The notes below the pieces were generated by a model, which saw nothing but the letters and a program-made list of their open reading frames with translations, was not told the origin of the DNA and did not search any database. From positions 248,001 to 312,000 of the forward strand of contig CM035361.1 in NCBI GenBank assembly GCA_020137815.1: DNA of 64,000 nt. The letters run 5' to 3'. This stretch comes from Hormiphora californensis (Eukaryota; Animalia; Ctenophora). Made by a program: the position numbers and the translations under genes. Position 1 is the stretch's first letter; every line of letters starts with the position of its first letter. Positions 1-14,755 of this stretch are shown in pieces.

Positions 1-663
1 AAAAGGAAAGTGAAACACAGAAAGTCTGTGAACTTGACAAAGAGGGATACCATACTAAACTAAAACGCCCGTGTAGCCTGTGTTTTAGTTAAAAGTTTGC
101 CGATGAAAGGACCAAGCACTGGGAGAGTTAGATCTGAACAACAGAGTTAGATGAACATGAGAGTTAGATAAACATGAGAGGGAGAAGGACAAGAGAGTTA
201 GAAGGAAAATGGGGAGTGAAATGGAAAATGAGACGGAAAGAGAGAGGTGGGATGATAGGGAGATTAAAACAATACCTCTCCCAAGCCCGATATATATAGC
301 GATAGTATTCCTTATGGGCTTATTTTTGAAGCTATTCCCTGCAAATATTTTACTAGCTGCATGCCACGGCATTCCTAGCTCGTTACTTCAGTAAGTCAGT
401 CTCCTAGAGGAGACAAATATTACAGCAGAGATACCTAGATTTTTGTGAAAATTTCAACCCCATTTCAACAAAAAAAAAAGTCAATTTGTAAAATATCATG
501 TCTCGTTTAATTGGCAGGAAGGTAATAAACGGAGACCACGAATCGCGTCAGTTTAAAAATTTGACCCTCGGCCAACTCCGCGTAGAATATCTGCGGTTCG
601 GCGATTAATTCCAGAGAGAAAAAGATAGAGAGTTAGAGAGAGAAAAAAAGATGGGAAGATAGA

Positions 664-831
<168 letters not shown>

Positions 832-1828
832 GAGCTACAAAAATTGGGAAACAAGCTAAAACAAGCTGGAACTAAGTTACCAACGAGGGCCGGCTATCAG
901 CTCAGTTCGAGAATCGGCCGATGCGTTGCGTGATCTCAGGCACTCCTTCTTCAAAATATGTTTTGAGTATTTACGAAGAAGAGACGTACTTAAAAACAAC
1001 CAAAGATGAGTTCATTTCGTATTCAAAAACTTTCTTTAGAGTGTATTTAAGAAGCATTTTTTTATAAAAAAGGTAAAAAAGGAGTTGGCAATAGACAGTT
1101 TATAGTTTTGTGAGGGATATTACAAAAGAGAAAGTCTGTTTTTGGCACTAAACTATAATTTACATGTTGAGTCACACTACCCCCGTAACACTTCGCGTAG
1201 AGTTCACGCTGACTTATTTCATTTTATTATCTCGAATTATAACTGCAACGCACACCAAACACGTGCACTAAAAGTTTTGAGAAAGAGAGGGAAAGAGAGG
1301 GAGAAAGATAGAGGTGTGTAGTCAGAAATCCTAGTTGGTGAGTCTAAAATAGAAAGATACGAATCCAAGTTCACAGCTAACAGTATACCAAGGGGAAACA
1401 AAAATAAAACTATCAACAAGCTCACTCTCAGTGTAACATAAAGTTGTCATCAGTTGGGTACACGCCTAGTGAAGATTAATATCTGAGTGGGTTAAGTAGA
1501 ATGAGAACAGAAGAAAAGAGAGAGAATATAGAACTGGAACGTGAAAGTTGAAAGATAGATCAAAGATCTGTAAGATGAATGGATTGGTGGATTAATCCAG
1601 GATTAGAAGAAACCAGACATCATGTGTATAAAAACACACATACTAATCAGTATAATAAGATCCAGCAATATCTTTTTCTCCCTCTCTTATTTTTCCTCTC
1701 CCTCCCAATATCTCCAAATCTCTCTCCCCACTCTCTTCTCAGATCACTGATCTTCATACGCATAGAAAGTCACATGGCTCAGTCGTTATTCCGCCTGAAT
1801 GAATTGAGAGAGAGAGAGAGAAAAAAGA

Positions 1829-1870
<42 letters not shown>

Positions 1871-2799
1871 TACATTGGGAAAGAAGCAACCATTTGAGAG
1901 AGGTGGAGATAATAAGATGTCGTGAAAGATATGCGATGAGAGGCATCAATTCGATCGAAAACCGTGGGAAAAGCCAATATTCAATTATCAGATCCCAATT
2001 TATTATTAGTACTACATGGATGCATCCGTCGTGGAATCTTTTCCAAGATTTTACCATAGATTTTACCTACATTAGGATGAATGCAAAACTCTTGACAATG
2101 GAATTATTGACTATTTTATCTGCTAACAACAAAACGTCCAGCAGAAAATGGGAGTTCTGTAGATCAATCGAGCGAGACTTGAAGGCTTGAAGATCAAAGA
2201 TGCGATCGTGAAGGCGCCATCATCTCAATCTGCTCTATGTGACAGACCGAGAATGAGAGAATATAATCTAGACAAAAAAAAACAGAGAACACAGCTAAAA
2301 TTATGGGAAGACGGAGAGAGAGAGAGAAAATAATCCAGATAGATAATTAGCATACACGTTGTCTGCTTAATTAACCAACACACACCAGCGAGTGTATCAC
2401 GAACAACGTGGAAGGGAGAAATAGCGAGAATGGGAGAGAGAGAAAGGGAGAAGAGAGAAAGCGAGAATACGAGAGAAAGGGAGAAAGAAAGGTAGAACAG
2501 GGAGACGGTGCCAAAACGACGGAAATAGCAGCGGTGTGTGGCTGGACAAGTGGAGGAAGAAAGTGTTGAGCCTAAATGGGGCTGGTAACAAATTGAAAAC
2601 AGAATTCCGATGAAATTGGAGGAAAACGACGGGCTTTAGCAGGAACGAATTAACATCAAAATGCTGAGACGCGACATATTCAAACGTGGAGAATAAAGGG
2701 AAGAAGGTTTCGATAGCGGGCACAACTAGATGACAGGCTGGTCGCAAGTGTGTGCAGGAAGAGAGAGAGAGAGAGAGAGAGGGGGAGAGAGAGAGAGAG

Positions 2800-2839
<40 letters not shown>

Positions 2840-4391
2840 GCGGAGAGAGAGAGAGAGAGTGAGAGAGAGAGAGAGAGAGGAAGTAAGTTTGCTGAGTGAG
2901 ATACTGTACAGATGGTAAGCGGTGAGGAAAAAAGGAAAGGGCATAGAAAGACAGAGAATACTGCGTCATCAGTGCAGCAGCGGCACACAGTGGAGTCTGT
3001 CATCGCTGTCATTGCCACTAGCCCATCTCTCTCTCCCTTTCTCTCTCACACACACATACTTTCTCTCTCTCTTTCTCACTCTCTCTCTCTCCCATCTCTC
3101 TCACTATATCCTTCTCTCTCTTTCTCTATCTCTCTCTTTCTTCCCTTCCCACTGTCCCCTCTCCTCCCCACCGCGATGTAGAAAAACGTGACCACGTGAT
3201 TAATACAGCCTCAAACACAAGCCATGAAACAAGACAAAATAGGACAGACACAATCAGGCCGTATCACGACAACCGAGTGAGAGAAATAAAAGAGAAAACA
3301 GAGAGAGACAAAGAAGATAATTTCTGTTAAATGTGATTGAGTGTAAATATCCTGGAAACAGAGTGGAATACTAAAACTCCACGGAAAATTGCTGAAAGCA
3401 GCGGAGTGTTAAGCAGCCAATTAATTGACTCATTTAGAGAGACAGAAATGCTGAAAGCATCGTAGCTTAGTAGGGAGACACAAAAGAGAGGGTAACTAAC
3501 CCTCTAACCCTTCTTTACGCGGAGAGATGAGGGTCGAACAAGGCAAGAACTCGTTATGTTGGGATGATGTTAGACATGTGTGTCAATCAGGGTAAATGTT
3601 TCGAAAGTTAAACACCAAATTACCAAATAACTTCCCCAGCGGTCTATGCACGTGGCGCCAGTTCTTTGTTAGCCCGAACAAGGGTGGTGAAAAGTAGAAA
3701 ATCAGGAAAATCTGAATTCTCTGGCCGCTACTAGGTGATGACTATAGTACAGAAGAGTGACAGGTTCTCGAGCTAGAGCTATAACAGCGCTGCCGACATA
3801 GCGTGAAAATATTCCAGGGAACGCAGTTGTTGTGGGCAAAGGTAGAAGTGAAGACGGGAATCATGGGAAAATAAAGGAGAGGGAACTTGCCTTGTTCGAC
3901 CCGCGGAGGGTTAAAATATAACAAGGAGGGAAAATGTCGTAGGATAGGTTTATGAACTAACAAAATGCGTCCAGTGCAGGAAACAAACAAACAAACAAAC
4001 AGTGTGAAAAAAACGAAAAGACGTGACCAACAAACGAACGAAAAGACGTCAACACAAATTGTGTGTGTTCCGTCTTTCCAAATTTCAATTAACCACCTTC
4101 CCACACCCGCACGAGCAGAGTAATTTTAATAGCCCGCTAATTAATTATCGCCTCATTAGGCTACATGGAATGGATTATCACAACACGTACACTCTTACAG
4201 ACTCTTGGACCGTGGTGAAACGTAGATAACGTCGGACTTAAATTGGACAAATTTTGAGCAGGAAAAAACCCTAACCCAAAATTGTCACAGATTTCTCCCA
4301 GCTACCAAGAACACTCCCATTTTTCGGGGACCCTACGAGGGCCAATCACTAAGTGATCCGCTAAAGAACGTCCCCATACAGATCTACATAC

Positions 4392-5490
4392 CTGGTAAGC
4401 GTGATGTCCCGCACTGTGATGATGGTGATGAAGGTTTGATGTTGACGACCTGTAATCGTATTCTGGCGACAGCGGTCCCTGGTCCCCTCCATACATTTTA
4501 CTGTAATTCACATCTGTTGCAATTGATCGTGGTCGAGGTCGGTAACTGAAAGGATGGGGTTTGTTAGGGTCACGCGTGAGGGTCATATATATCACGCGTT
4601 GGGGGTCACGCAAAACATCACGGGCACAAGAGATTGGGCAGCTGCTGTAACAGTTTTTGTCAGTATGGTGTGCTTGAAAAATATGTATAACATCTCCTGC
4701 AACCCTTTAGATAAGTAATGACATTCTGCCACTCACAATCCTTTACACAACAGGAACCCTGCCCAAACACGACCCTAATGGATAGGAACCCTACCCGAAC
4801 TAAAACCCTGAAGTGACCTGAGCACCCACCAAGAACCCTCTGAACCCTACCCAAACACACTCACAAGGCTTTCTTTGGTCCTTTAGGCGAGAAATTGACC
4901 CTCGGGGGAAGTGGGGAATGTTTGTCCGGTCTCATGACCCTCTGAGCAACCTCACGTGACGTAATAACGGCTGGATCAACGCGTGACAAACCCGAATCAC
5001 GCGTGAGACCGCCCCCGAAATCACGTGATAAGCCCTCACGCGAGGAAGGGCGTGGCTGGTAAAGATTATCGTAACTTCTCGACCGTGACTCCAACCCTGA
5101 TTCAACCGTCAGTCGATTTTTGACTCGGTAATCAATTGATGTCTGTTTTCTGAGCAAGTTTTTCCGTCCAAGCTGGGGTGATAAAAACACTCTGCCACCA
5201 TTATCACCACGGTGACTCAACCCATCACCATGGTGACTTGACCCCCCACCATGGTGACTCAAACTGTCACCATGGTTACTGTTATTGCTGGCTGTTGACG
5301 AGGACAGACTGGAGGATGGACGTGGCACTGAAATGTTTGATGAAGGAGCAAGGCGGGGAGAGGATCGAGGGGATGGGCAGGAGAGGTAGGGAGGGTGGCT
5401 ATCAGATGGATAGGACATGGCACCAGCTGGCAGGCGAGATGAAACTCTGTTGAGACATCTTACTGAAGTGAAAGTTTCGATGTCAAACAT
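4392..5490 (-). CDS. Two spliced exons (5490-4865, 4644-4392) of an S/R/P/H-rich protein; likely 5' part of a gene continuing toward lower coordinates
   Basis: Long ORF ends at AAAGCCTT|gtgag (phase 2). The next exon starts ttacag|CAGC, reads SCPISCARDVLRD...AGHHAYQ in compatible phase and ends CAG|gtatgt. No recognisable domain. Confidence 0.6.
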
Positions 5491-5914
5491 ATATCAGATT
5501 ATACCAAGATATTCGTAAAAAAGTAAGCGAAAATTAAAGATTATCGAATGGTTATCAGAATCACAACTCTTGACAACATGGGATGACAACGTCAAGGCAT
5601 ATCTAATCGAAAGAGACACAAAGGGGCTACGTATGATATAAAACCTAATTATTCAGATCACCAGAGCATAACACTTAATTAAAGGCCCCGCATGAGTTAT
5701 GAGAAGTATGTTGCTCCTTCATAAAAACATTTAGTCACCATGGAAACAACATTATAATTCATCGTGATTACATAACCAGTGTGATTACACATTGGTAAAA
5801 CAATCGGATAATAGACGAACAGTTACACATATAATATGTGTGTGCATTTGTGAATGTTTATATTGTTGCTGGCATCGCTTACTACCGTCGTGTTTTAGAT
5901 TTGTACGTCACGAG

Positions 5915-6031
<117 letters not shown>

Positions 6032-7649
6032 GAGAGAGAGAGAGAGAGAGAAGAGGGATAGAGAGAAAAAAGAGAAGATGTTGGATGCCAGTAGTATGAA
6101 AAGTCCCCGAAGCACATCTTATGTGAGCTTGGCAGCATAAGTATTTTAAAATAAACTTTATATTTTAGTTTCGACAGAACACGCACGTTTACACCCCAAG
6201 CTAAACATTCTACAAGTTACATCAACCAAACCAAGCGATGAGTACAACTGAGGTAACAACACAAAATTCCCAGAATTGGAGCGCAGTAAGAGAGGGCCAA
6301 GATGATATTGATGACTTCAGACAAAATGACGACAAAACATCAGCTAGCGGAGAGTGGTGATTCACGTGTATGCATGTTGGTAAGCAATGTCAATAGCAAT
6401 TGCTCCTCCCTCGTGTTGTTCTTTTTATGTCAATCACTCTCATTATTTCGCTCTCTGTCCTTCTCTCTCTCTCTCTCTATCTCTCTCAGCTCTGTTCCTC
6501 TGAAGTCTGAAGATTGTCCAATCATTGCAAGTGTGCATGATCACTCCAATCTGTGTGAATACATGTCAAACGTGAAACAACGCACACGCCAATTCACACA
6601 TTTTGTTTTAGTAGCACGTACAGATTAAAATCCTGCGAGGTTTTAAAACACCTGACAAAATAACAGAGGAACTAAAGCACAAAATAATGCACCATGTGTA
6701 GTGCTTGTCAAGCAAGTTCAGTACCACCAATGTCATCAGAGGAAAATATGAATAAAATGAACAAGAAACATAATAGAGAAAGATAGAAAAAGATGGTATA
6801 AAAGATAGAGCGAGAGAGTGCTAGCTGCAAGAATCAATACATACACTTCTACGTTGGCGTGTGATCTGACTGTAAAGCGGAAATAGAAACAAGAGTAACA
6901 CCACATTTGCAGCTCGTCAATATAACAACTCATCGCAAAAATGTACCATATACAACAACTCACCACAGAAATACAATATGTATACCAGGCTCTCTGTGTG
7001 TGTACAATATTGTACAATTTGGTTTCAATGATTTGATTTCAAACTTTGCCACAAAATGAATACACACAGATGATCGAATTTACAGGTTACAACACCAACA
7101 AACAGCTGTTTCTGTTACAGACAAACCAACTCAACCAAACACTTGGGTGAGCACGAGGAGGCCGGAGGGGGGGGGGGTTGCCATGGTGACAAATGGTGAT
7201 GGTGAAATGACCTAAATACCGGGATGCATCACCATTTGTCTCCATAGAACCCCCGGTTACTAAACACAAATAGTGTTTCCCAGAAGAAATTGTGACACTT
7301 GGAGGATCAATATTCGCCATATTTGGTAAGACAGACTGGGAGTTACCAAATATGGTCTGCAGACCAGAAGGACAGTTACTGCTGTAGGAGTGCTATAAGT
7401 ATCACAGGAGGATTAAACTTCACGTCAAACTACCAAAGCAGATCTTTCGCAAATAATAATTCTGACAAGTTGGACAAATTGGAGCAACCTTCACTTGGTT
7501 AAATCAACCAATTGCTACAACTGAACTTGGTTACCATGACAACAAAATTCAGGGCTTGATAAATTATTGTCATCGGACCTGTCCTTGGAAAAATGCGAGA
7601 CAGGAATAGAACAAGCTCTTGTAACAAGGTAAGAGAGGGGGAGAGAGAT

Positions 7650-7734
<85 letters not shown>

Positions 7735-8217
7735 GAGTGAGAGAGAGAGACAGAGACAGAGTGAGAGAGATAAAGAGTGCATTTCTCTGGTAGCTTTAAC
7801 TCAATTGACAAACTACTGGTGTATCGAAACACGGAAAATTAGACGATTAACGGCTCGGGGGCGGAAAGCACACATTGATTGTGCGTGATTTAATATCGGG
7901 CCCACACGCATGTGTAATTGGGTGACAAAAAAGTGACAATACAAGCTCGGAACACGTGCTATGAAAAACATGAGAAACTATTAAACTACAGGATAAAAAA
8001 GTGATATACGGCCAGGTGCAAAAAGAAGACTGAAAAGAAGACTGGGTGAAGAATAAAAATGCTAGGCTAGGACGAACGTGCCCGGCCTAAGAGGGATATA
8101 ATATGGAACTAAAGCAAAGAAAGTATTGCAAAAATAGGCCGTGTATCAAGTTGGAAAAACTAAAAATATATTTCGCCTAAAATGTATGTCACCATTCCTA
8201 TAATAAACCTTATGGAA

Positions 8218-8310
<93 letters not shown>

Positions 8311-8639
8311 CATATCTCTCTCTTCCTCTCATTAAAAAAGGACATACACCCACGGTGTGTTAGGTAATTGTGCAGTGACAAGTGCGAATTGAGTGATGAA
8401 GTGTTGTGGAGGTGTGGGGGACAGATCACAATGGCGCTGGCAAAGGTTTTATCGGGGAATTTAGAAATTTGGAATTACTTCGATGAATTCTAGTTACAAA
8501 GGAAACAGTCAGAGCGTGTAGTACGTAGTAAAACCTAATGCAGCAGTAAAACGTAGATCCTAAATAGCCTCAACATTAAAGTGATATTAGATATAATCAC
8601 AAAGTGTACTCGTTACAGAACATATGAAAAATATCCTGA

Positions 8640-9093
8640 TTTTTTCCCTGCCCGGGTGGATGCCGAAGGCATCCACCCGGATGCCTTTTTACTTTGTAAA
8701 AAGGCATAGCAGGGTTAGAATTCGAAAACGACATTTTGGTATACTAACTAATCGGTAGAGGGACATTTTTTGGTCACACTTTCGTTGCGAGGGGCAACCG
8801 TGCGGCGCGCGCGATTTGAAGTTTGCGGAGTAACATGCGCGCCCACAAACTATTGAAAATTTATGAGGCGTGCGCGGCTATAAACTGTAACGCGCGGCAA
8901 AATTTGTTTTATATCGGCCGCGCGTTTTTGGGGAAAATGGAGAAATTGAAAAATATGTTTTGCGGTTTTTTTTTCAAAAGTTCGAAAAACACAAATCCCC
9001 ATTTTGCAGACAGCTTAACGGCGAGTTGAATGGCAAATCGAAGAGGGCAGGGAAACGTAGCATTATGGATACATAATGCAAATAATTCTTGTT
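8640..9093 (+). mobile_element. Non-autonomous Helentron-like (DINE-1/HINE-type) element
   Basis: 5' tttccctgccc is inverted to 3' gggcagggaaa. 5' hairpin ccgggtggatgcc-gaa-ggcatccacccgg; 3' hairpin gcattatg-gata-cataatgc; ends cttgtt. Related copy at 52788-53148. Confidence 0.6.
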
Positions 9094-10989
9094 AAATCTC
9101 TACATTATTATACAGCCAAGGTTTTTGCAGTTTTTCACCTGTCACAGACATTCGGGTGAAAGAACGTTCTACGTATAATGTATAGAAAAGATGAAATGGA
9201 AGCAAAAAATAGGAGTGAAACAAACCTATATTCCCATTTCAGTGAACTAAATCAGGAAACAAACCTCGCTTTTCCAGAAATATTTCCAAACCAAAATAGA
9301 AAGCATACCCAGAAATTTGAACGTACTAAACACTGCACGACATTGCTAAGTGTGACGAGAAATTAAAGTGTGAGAGAGAGAGGGAGAGAGAAAAGGGTTT
9401 AGAAAGATAGAGAGAGAGAAAATAGTGAAAACGAGTGAGAAAGGGAGAAAATGAGGAGACGGGTATGAAAGCACTTAGTTACCAAACACACTGACAAGCT
9501 AGTTCTGCAAGAAAATAGAGTCAAAACGGGAAACACAAACTGCAATAGCAGCTCGTTAGGTAACCTTGATGTAAAAACAGTGTAATTCATTCTTGACATT
9601 GTATCAGGAACATTTTCTCTCTCTGTGGGCTTTTCTGTCTCACAATGAATTTTCTCTTTATTATACCTATTATACCTGATGCACTATGCAGGGTACAGGG
9701 AAGTAAACCAACAACTAGCAGGATAGGAAGATCTATCCAATAAATTTTCCAGATATAAAACAATCACTTATACTCCTATCAGGTCTAACTAAATACACGT
9801 CAAGCTCCTTGCATCAGACAAAAACATTCCAAGTATATTGAAGCGCTCCTAACTGGATCTAAACAAATAAATAAAACTGTGAAGCTGTCTGAACTGAACG
9901 TACTCCTTGTTCTACATCAGACAAGTAGTATGTTCCTTGTTCAGACAAGTGGCGGTAGCCGGTACAGGTGATGAAGCCATGAGAAGTCAGTGTATCAAAC
10001 GGGAGATAAAAACAGATGTGTGTACTGGGTTGGGGTAAAACGTCACTTTCCCCTGTAATTTCCAACGTATGTTCAACTGAATATATTGTACACATGATAT
10101 TGTTCACATGGGCAATTATACTGGTAGCTGCCAGACTAAAGATATAGGGTGCTAAATCCAACATTTAACGAGTGAGAAAAAGCTTTCGAAAGCAGAAAAG
10201 TGAGTAGGTACAATCTTTTGAAATGTGCCGGTTAAAATGTGTATCAGGTAGTTGGGTGGAGCTCTGTAAACTATGCCGGTACATTTAAGTTCAACGATAA
10301 GGGATTAAAATAAAAGCTTTCAAAAAGTGCCACTATAGTCAAAACTACAAAGCTAATTAAAGTGCCAATTAAAGTGCCAATTAATTATGCCGATACCCCG
10401 TGGAGGAAGAAGAAGGAAGGTAACTGGTTGTGTAGACACGATATCGAACTGAGGGAGGTATCCCAGATGATACACTTCCCAACTCCCTGCTGATAGAGTG
10501 TTTGGTTGCTATGGGAGGGAGAGACTCTGTTGCTATGGGGGATATAGGTCCCATATATATGAGGTCTGACAAAGTGCCAAAAAGGAGACAATGCGACTAC
10601 CCCGCCCCCCTTGCTTCATATTGTTCTACTAAAACGCGTACCAGCTGAGTTACCCACAGTGCGTCACGTGCTTTCACCCCGCCCCAGAAGACATAATGAC
10701 CTACCCAGTTTGTCAACCTTTCCAGTCAGACCAATTTTATTTCTCACTTACGTTTATTCACACTAAAATCACGTCACTCAGATCAAAGCTATCACACACA
10801 AGCTTTCATTCACACGCCACTTAAAAATCACACACTCTCCGAAAATCACACCCAAATCACGCACACATCAGTCATCACCCCAAAATCACACCTAATCTCA
10901 CTCTAACCCCCAAACCATCACACCCACTGCACAAAATGTGTGCCACACATCACACCCGAATCACACACACTCCCCATGCTCACACTCAC

Positions 10990-13133
10990 GCATTATAATA
11001 ATACCCCGCTGCGGCAGCACCGCTCCCAGAGGCGGAGGAAGATGAGGAGGGGGAGGCAAAAATAGATGCCATGTGATTATCAAGTGATTTAGATAGATCA
11101 CTAGTCGAGGTACCGTGCCTAAAATGGGACAGAAACAGCTGTGATTTAGAAAGATCGCTAGTGGAGGTACCGTGCCTAAAATGAGACAGAAACAGCTGTA
11201 CATGGTGTTACATAATGACACCTCCCAAAAACAGCAGCTACCTTGAAACTTATTCAAGTTCGGTTTATGTATAGTTTGTTTTGTCTCATATATCGTACTG
11301 TCACGTTTGTAAGCTATAAAGAATCATGTAGCTCAAGTGTCACTAACACATGGACACAAAGAGTGATCTGTAGAGTTGCCACACGGAGAAAACTAGTTAC
11401 ACAAATTACAGTTATAGTACAGTTTACACAGTACAGTTTACACAGGACAGTTTACACAGTACACAAGATTGAACTCAGAGGGTTACAAACAGGTTACACT
11501 ATCACATGGTCATAGTTACACAATATAATGAACCTACCCCCCTGGGACTACTACAGTAGTTACACAATCAGGTTACACTCACAAACAGGAGGTTACACTT
11601 TCACAGGTTACACATGATCACAGGTTACACATGTGACACAATGAACCTACCCCCTGGGGCTAGTTGTAGCGGGTGCAGCTACCCCGGGTGATGAACTACT
11701 GAGTGTACGTGGTCTAGACCTCACTATTGGTTCAGTGTAACTTCTCCTCTCCAGCCGTGGTGATGCAGGTGATCTGATGGAATAGTGAGGTGAGATGGAA
11801 TAGTGAGGTGAGATGGAATAGTGAGGTGAGATGGTGAGATATTAGGTGATCTGATGGAATAGTGAGGTGAGATGGTGAGATGTTAGGTGATCTGATGGGA
11901 GGTGAGGTGAGATGGTGAGATGTTAGGTGATCTGATGGGAGGTGAGGTGAGAAGGTGATGTGAGATGTGAGAAGGTGATGTAAGAAGGTAGTTACGTGGT
12001 GATCATAATTCGATGTTCAACGAACCAAAACAGACTCAAGACAAAACGTATCTCTAAAACATGTTTGTATGTCTACCGATGTATGTTTGACTCTGTCTGT
12101 TTGTCGGACAAATACATTCGTCTGTTACACTCGTTGTTCTGTCTGTCTGTTATAGTGACAGTCTGTCGGTTTGTACTTTGTATTGTCTGTCAGCGTCTGT
12201 CGGTTTGTACTTTGTATTATTGTCTTCAGACACTCGTTGTTCTGTCTGTCTATAGTGACAGTCTGTACTTTGTCTGTCAGACACCTACCTTCCAGGTATA
12301 GGAACCCTCAATGCAGGGTCCCCTCCACTACTCTTGTGAAGCCCCTCACTGGACCCGCTCAGTCTGTGGTTGTGTCCCGCACTGTACCTGCGAGATGTGG
12401 TACTGGTGGACATGGTTAGATAAGATGTTATATATATAGATGGACTTGCTAATACAACTTGGATATGTTATATTGGTAGAGGCGGTCTGAACTTGGTCTG
12501 GTAGAAGAGGAATATGATATGGCCAGCGGGAACTTATAAGTTATTTTTTGTAGGTCTAACGAAAAACACCGCTTTTCTACCCACCACAACAGTCCCGTAT
12601 TTGCCACTAACCGGTTTTCTGGTATGTAAGATGATCTCCCATAGTCGTGAGGATGTCTGATCATATCGACATGTTTATCTGCCGTGTTAGTAGACCTGAA
12701 ACATTTTTTACACTGTTTGTTATGTTCTGACCCTCCTTTATAATACTTGTGGGGGGGGGGTATGGTGAGAGAGGTGGCATTAGCAATACGAATCAGGGGG
12801 TGTTTCACTACTTCTTTTTGATTTAGATTGTTACAAAGAAAGTATCTCAGACTCAACACAACATGTTACCTTGTCCTTGGTCGACTATTTGACATGAGGG
12901 TGGGCGTCCTGTACTCACTCTCTGGGTACTGGCCTTTACTGGTCTGCAGATACTGAAAGGAGGGAAGCTGTTTAGTCAATAGCTACTGAGTTTAGTCGAT
13001 TCAGAGCTACCTAGGGTCTCATCTAGAGATGCCCTGAATAGAGGCTTATAAAGGCCCCCTGAACAATTACCTGAAATGCCTGTTCCTTGAGAGAGGGATG
13101 TTTCTTGGACAGATAGGTAGATCTCACGTCCAT
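10990..13133 (-). CDS. Five spliced exons (13133-13071, 12952-12870, 12387-12289, 11773-11651, 11118-10990) of an S/P/R-rich protein; 3' continuation uncertain (candidate exons near 10566 and 7382)
   Basis: All junctions are GT-AG with consistent phases. Reads MDVRSTYLSKKHPSLKEQAFQ|YLQTSKGQYPESEYRTP...|RYSAGHNHRLSGSSEG...|SPASPRLERRSYTEP...|HGTSTSDLSKSLDNHMAS. No recognisable domain. Confidence 0.6.
11775..11990. repeat. Intronic minisatellite (gtgaggtgagatg variants)
   Basis: Visible tandem units directly abutting the acceptor at 11773. Confidence 0.8.
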
Positions 13134-14501
13134 GATGAGAGAGATGAAGAGAGATGATTAGTAGATCTGATAATATTTAGTTGACCTGATCTGATGTCAG
13201 CTTTACAGGTGCCACACAATACCCAGGGTGGTATTACATGTGGGTGATATTGTAGTAGAGATCAGGCCAGCTGATGGACATAAAACATGCTATAGAAATT
13301 GTAGTGGTTAGTAGGGCCCTGATTTACATTGTTATGTTCTAACCCTCTTTTACAATATTTGCGGGGCTTGGTAAGAGAGGGTCGAGCAAGGCAAGACGTA
13401 CCTATACCACTGCCATACTTTGGACTTGAGTAAAACAAAATAAACCTAAGTCTAAAAAAAGAATATTATTATCAAGTCTTTTGAGTATTTACTCAACAAA
13501 AGACTTGATGATAATTCAGTCATTTATCAAGGTAAGAGTTGTACTCAAGAGATACAAAGATGCCACAAGGCTATTTTAGAAGTGTCCCAACTCTAAAAAT
13601 GAATGGAATGTGCCTCTCTGAAAATATTTAGCGCTCCTTAGCCTAGGTGCCAATAACACATGACCAAGAGAAGGAGAGATATGAGAGAAGAAGAGGAAAA
13701 GGGAGAGAAGGAGAGTGAGAGGAAGGGAGAGAAAGAGAAAGATAGCGAGAGGAAGGGAGTGAGAGCAGCTTAGAATGAGAGAAAAGTTGAGAATTTGCGG
13801 TGTTCACGAAAAACCGCTCGAAGGCGGTAACAACCTCTAAAGATAATCAGTTAACAAGCGGCGTGTATAACATTCGAAATATTTCCTGAGAACTTGATGT
13901 TTACGCCATTTCATAACGTTCAATTTCAATCTAATAGACTAAGGTGTTTCTAGCTCTACTTCATAATATAATACAGTTCAAATTATGTGTAAACTGCATT
14001 GTAGGTAGGATACCAATCATGAATCAATCTCAAGATAAATCTGTGATATAATTTCAATGTAACATACATGTTCCAATTACCGTGTAACAAGATAACACCA
14101 GGCCTAATTAGAGTGTGTGTATATCGGTAACATCAGATAAACACGGTATATCAGAAGGTAGTGTGAAACACAGATCACCAGTTGGCAATATCATCACACT
14201 AAATCACACTACGTTACAAGCTGCCTTGTTCAACCCTCTCTCCAACGTAACAAGCTGGTAGTTGTTTCAAAGGGGAAAAAACGTAAAATATGTACACGAT
14301 ACCAATGTGAGATACAGCTCGGTAATATGGTGCTGCCGGGCGGCGAAACCAGGAAACAATATTAAATAGTAAAAAGATACATGTAGAGAAAGTATCGGTA
14401 AAAAAGGTAAATATGACCAAGATGTTATATCGCAGTGTAATACATTATTTCATCCCGGCTGGAAGGCCGGAATGTGCAATGAACTATAAGCCATACACAC
14501 A

Positions 14502-14578
<77 letters not shown>

Positions 14579-14697
14579 TGGGAGAGAAAGGGGAAGAGAG
14601 ACTTGTTAACTTGTAGTTATAGCCGGGCGGCTTGTTACACACAATGTTCTGCAGCTTCTGCTGCAGGGAGGAAGTGCTTGCTGCAACTAACTGGGTG

Positions 14698-14755
<58 letters not shown>

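Noticed and set aside
885-950. tRNA- or SINE-like segment (agctcagtt)
   Set aside because: No B box or cloverleaf can be built.
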